7,356 nucleotides of DNA from Paraspadella gotoi. Taxonomy: Eukaryota > Animalia > Chaetognatha. The notes beneath the pieces are model-generated. The model searched no databases, had not been told where the DNA came from, and was given only the letters and a program-made list of their open reading frames with translations. The number at the start of each line of letters is the position of its first letter. Positions within the stretch are counted from its first letter, which is position 1. The stretch lies in NCBI GenBank assembly GCA_051294375.1, contig JBJCIZ010000744.1, forward strand, positions 61,960 through 69,315, given 5' to 3'. The position numbers and the translations under genes were made by a program. This document shows positions 7,044 to 7,356 of this stretch, in pieces.

Positions 7044-7123
7044 TTAAAAGAAAAAAAAGAAAAGCTAGACATTTTAACTGATTCATCGTTATTTAATGCG
7101 ACGCGTAAAAACTTCCAGAGGCG

Positions 7124-7203
7124 ATATAACTATTAAACTATATAACTATATAACTATATAACTATATAACTATATAACTATTAAACTATATAACTATTAA
7201 ACT
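7124..7203. repeat. 8-bp tandem repeat, 10 copies (ATATAACT x7, ATTAAACT x3)
   Basis: The variant unit occurs at 7132, 7180 and 7196; the period is exact. Confidence 0.95.
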
Positions 7204-7356
7204 TCGTCCGACCAATTTTTTTTTTCCCCCGATAATTTAAAACCGAGTGACTGTATATTACGAAATCGCATTTAACGAATTTCGTAACGTGGAATCTCGT
7301 TACTGAAATCTCGCTGCGATCGAGAGACGGGAGGGCGCGAAAAGTATTGGGGGGGG

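Overview
Eukaryotic, non-coding, AT-rich DNA dense in simple repeats. It is probably intergenic or intronic animal sequence; the undepleted CpG and abundant (GA)n suggest an arthropod, but that is inference. No credible protein-coding gene, RNA gene or CRISPR array is present, and all supplied ORFs are microsatellite or N-gap read-throughs. Main structure: a degenerate (GTC/ATC)n tract (1-115); a 31-bp minisatellite (185-387); a ~1.17-kb segment (~525-1700) repeated at ~2165-3337 on the other side of a 279-N gap, probably an assembly artefact; a 44/46-bp direct repeat around a 243-bp insert (3338-3670); and, from ~4086 to the end, (GA)n, (GAAA)n, (CGA)n, (GTCA)n and (ATATAACT)n tracts separated by short CpG-rich unique islands. 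Those islands carry recognisable motifs: a 14/14 match to the CTCF core at 6253-6266, weaker CTCF-like sites, and Pho/YY1 GCCAT, Sp/KLF, ETS and TALE TGACAG motifs. A MEF2/TATA palindrome lies in the duplicated segment. The best biological hypothesis is a GAGA/CTCF insulator or PRE-like cis-regulatory region. I do not see evidence for a new gene system.
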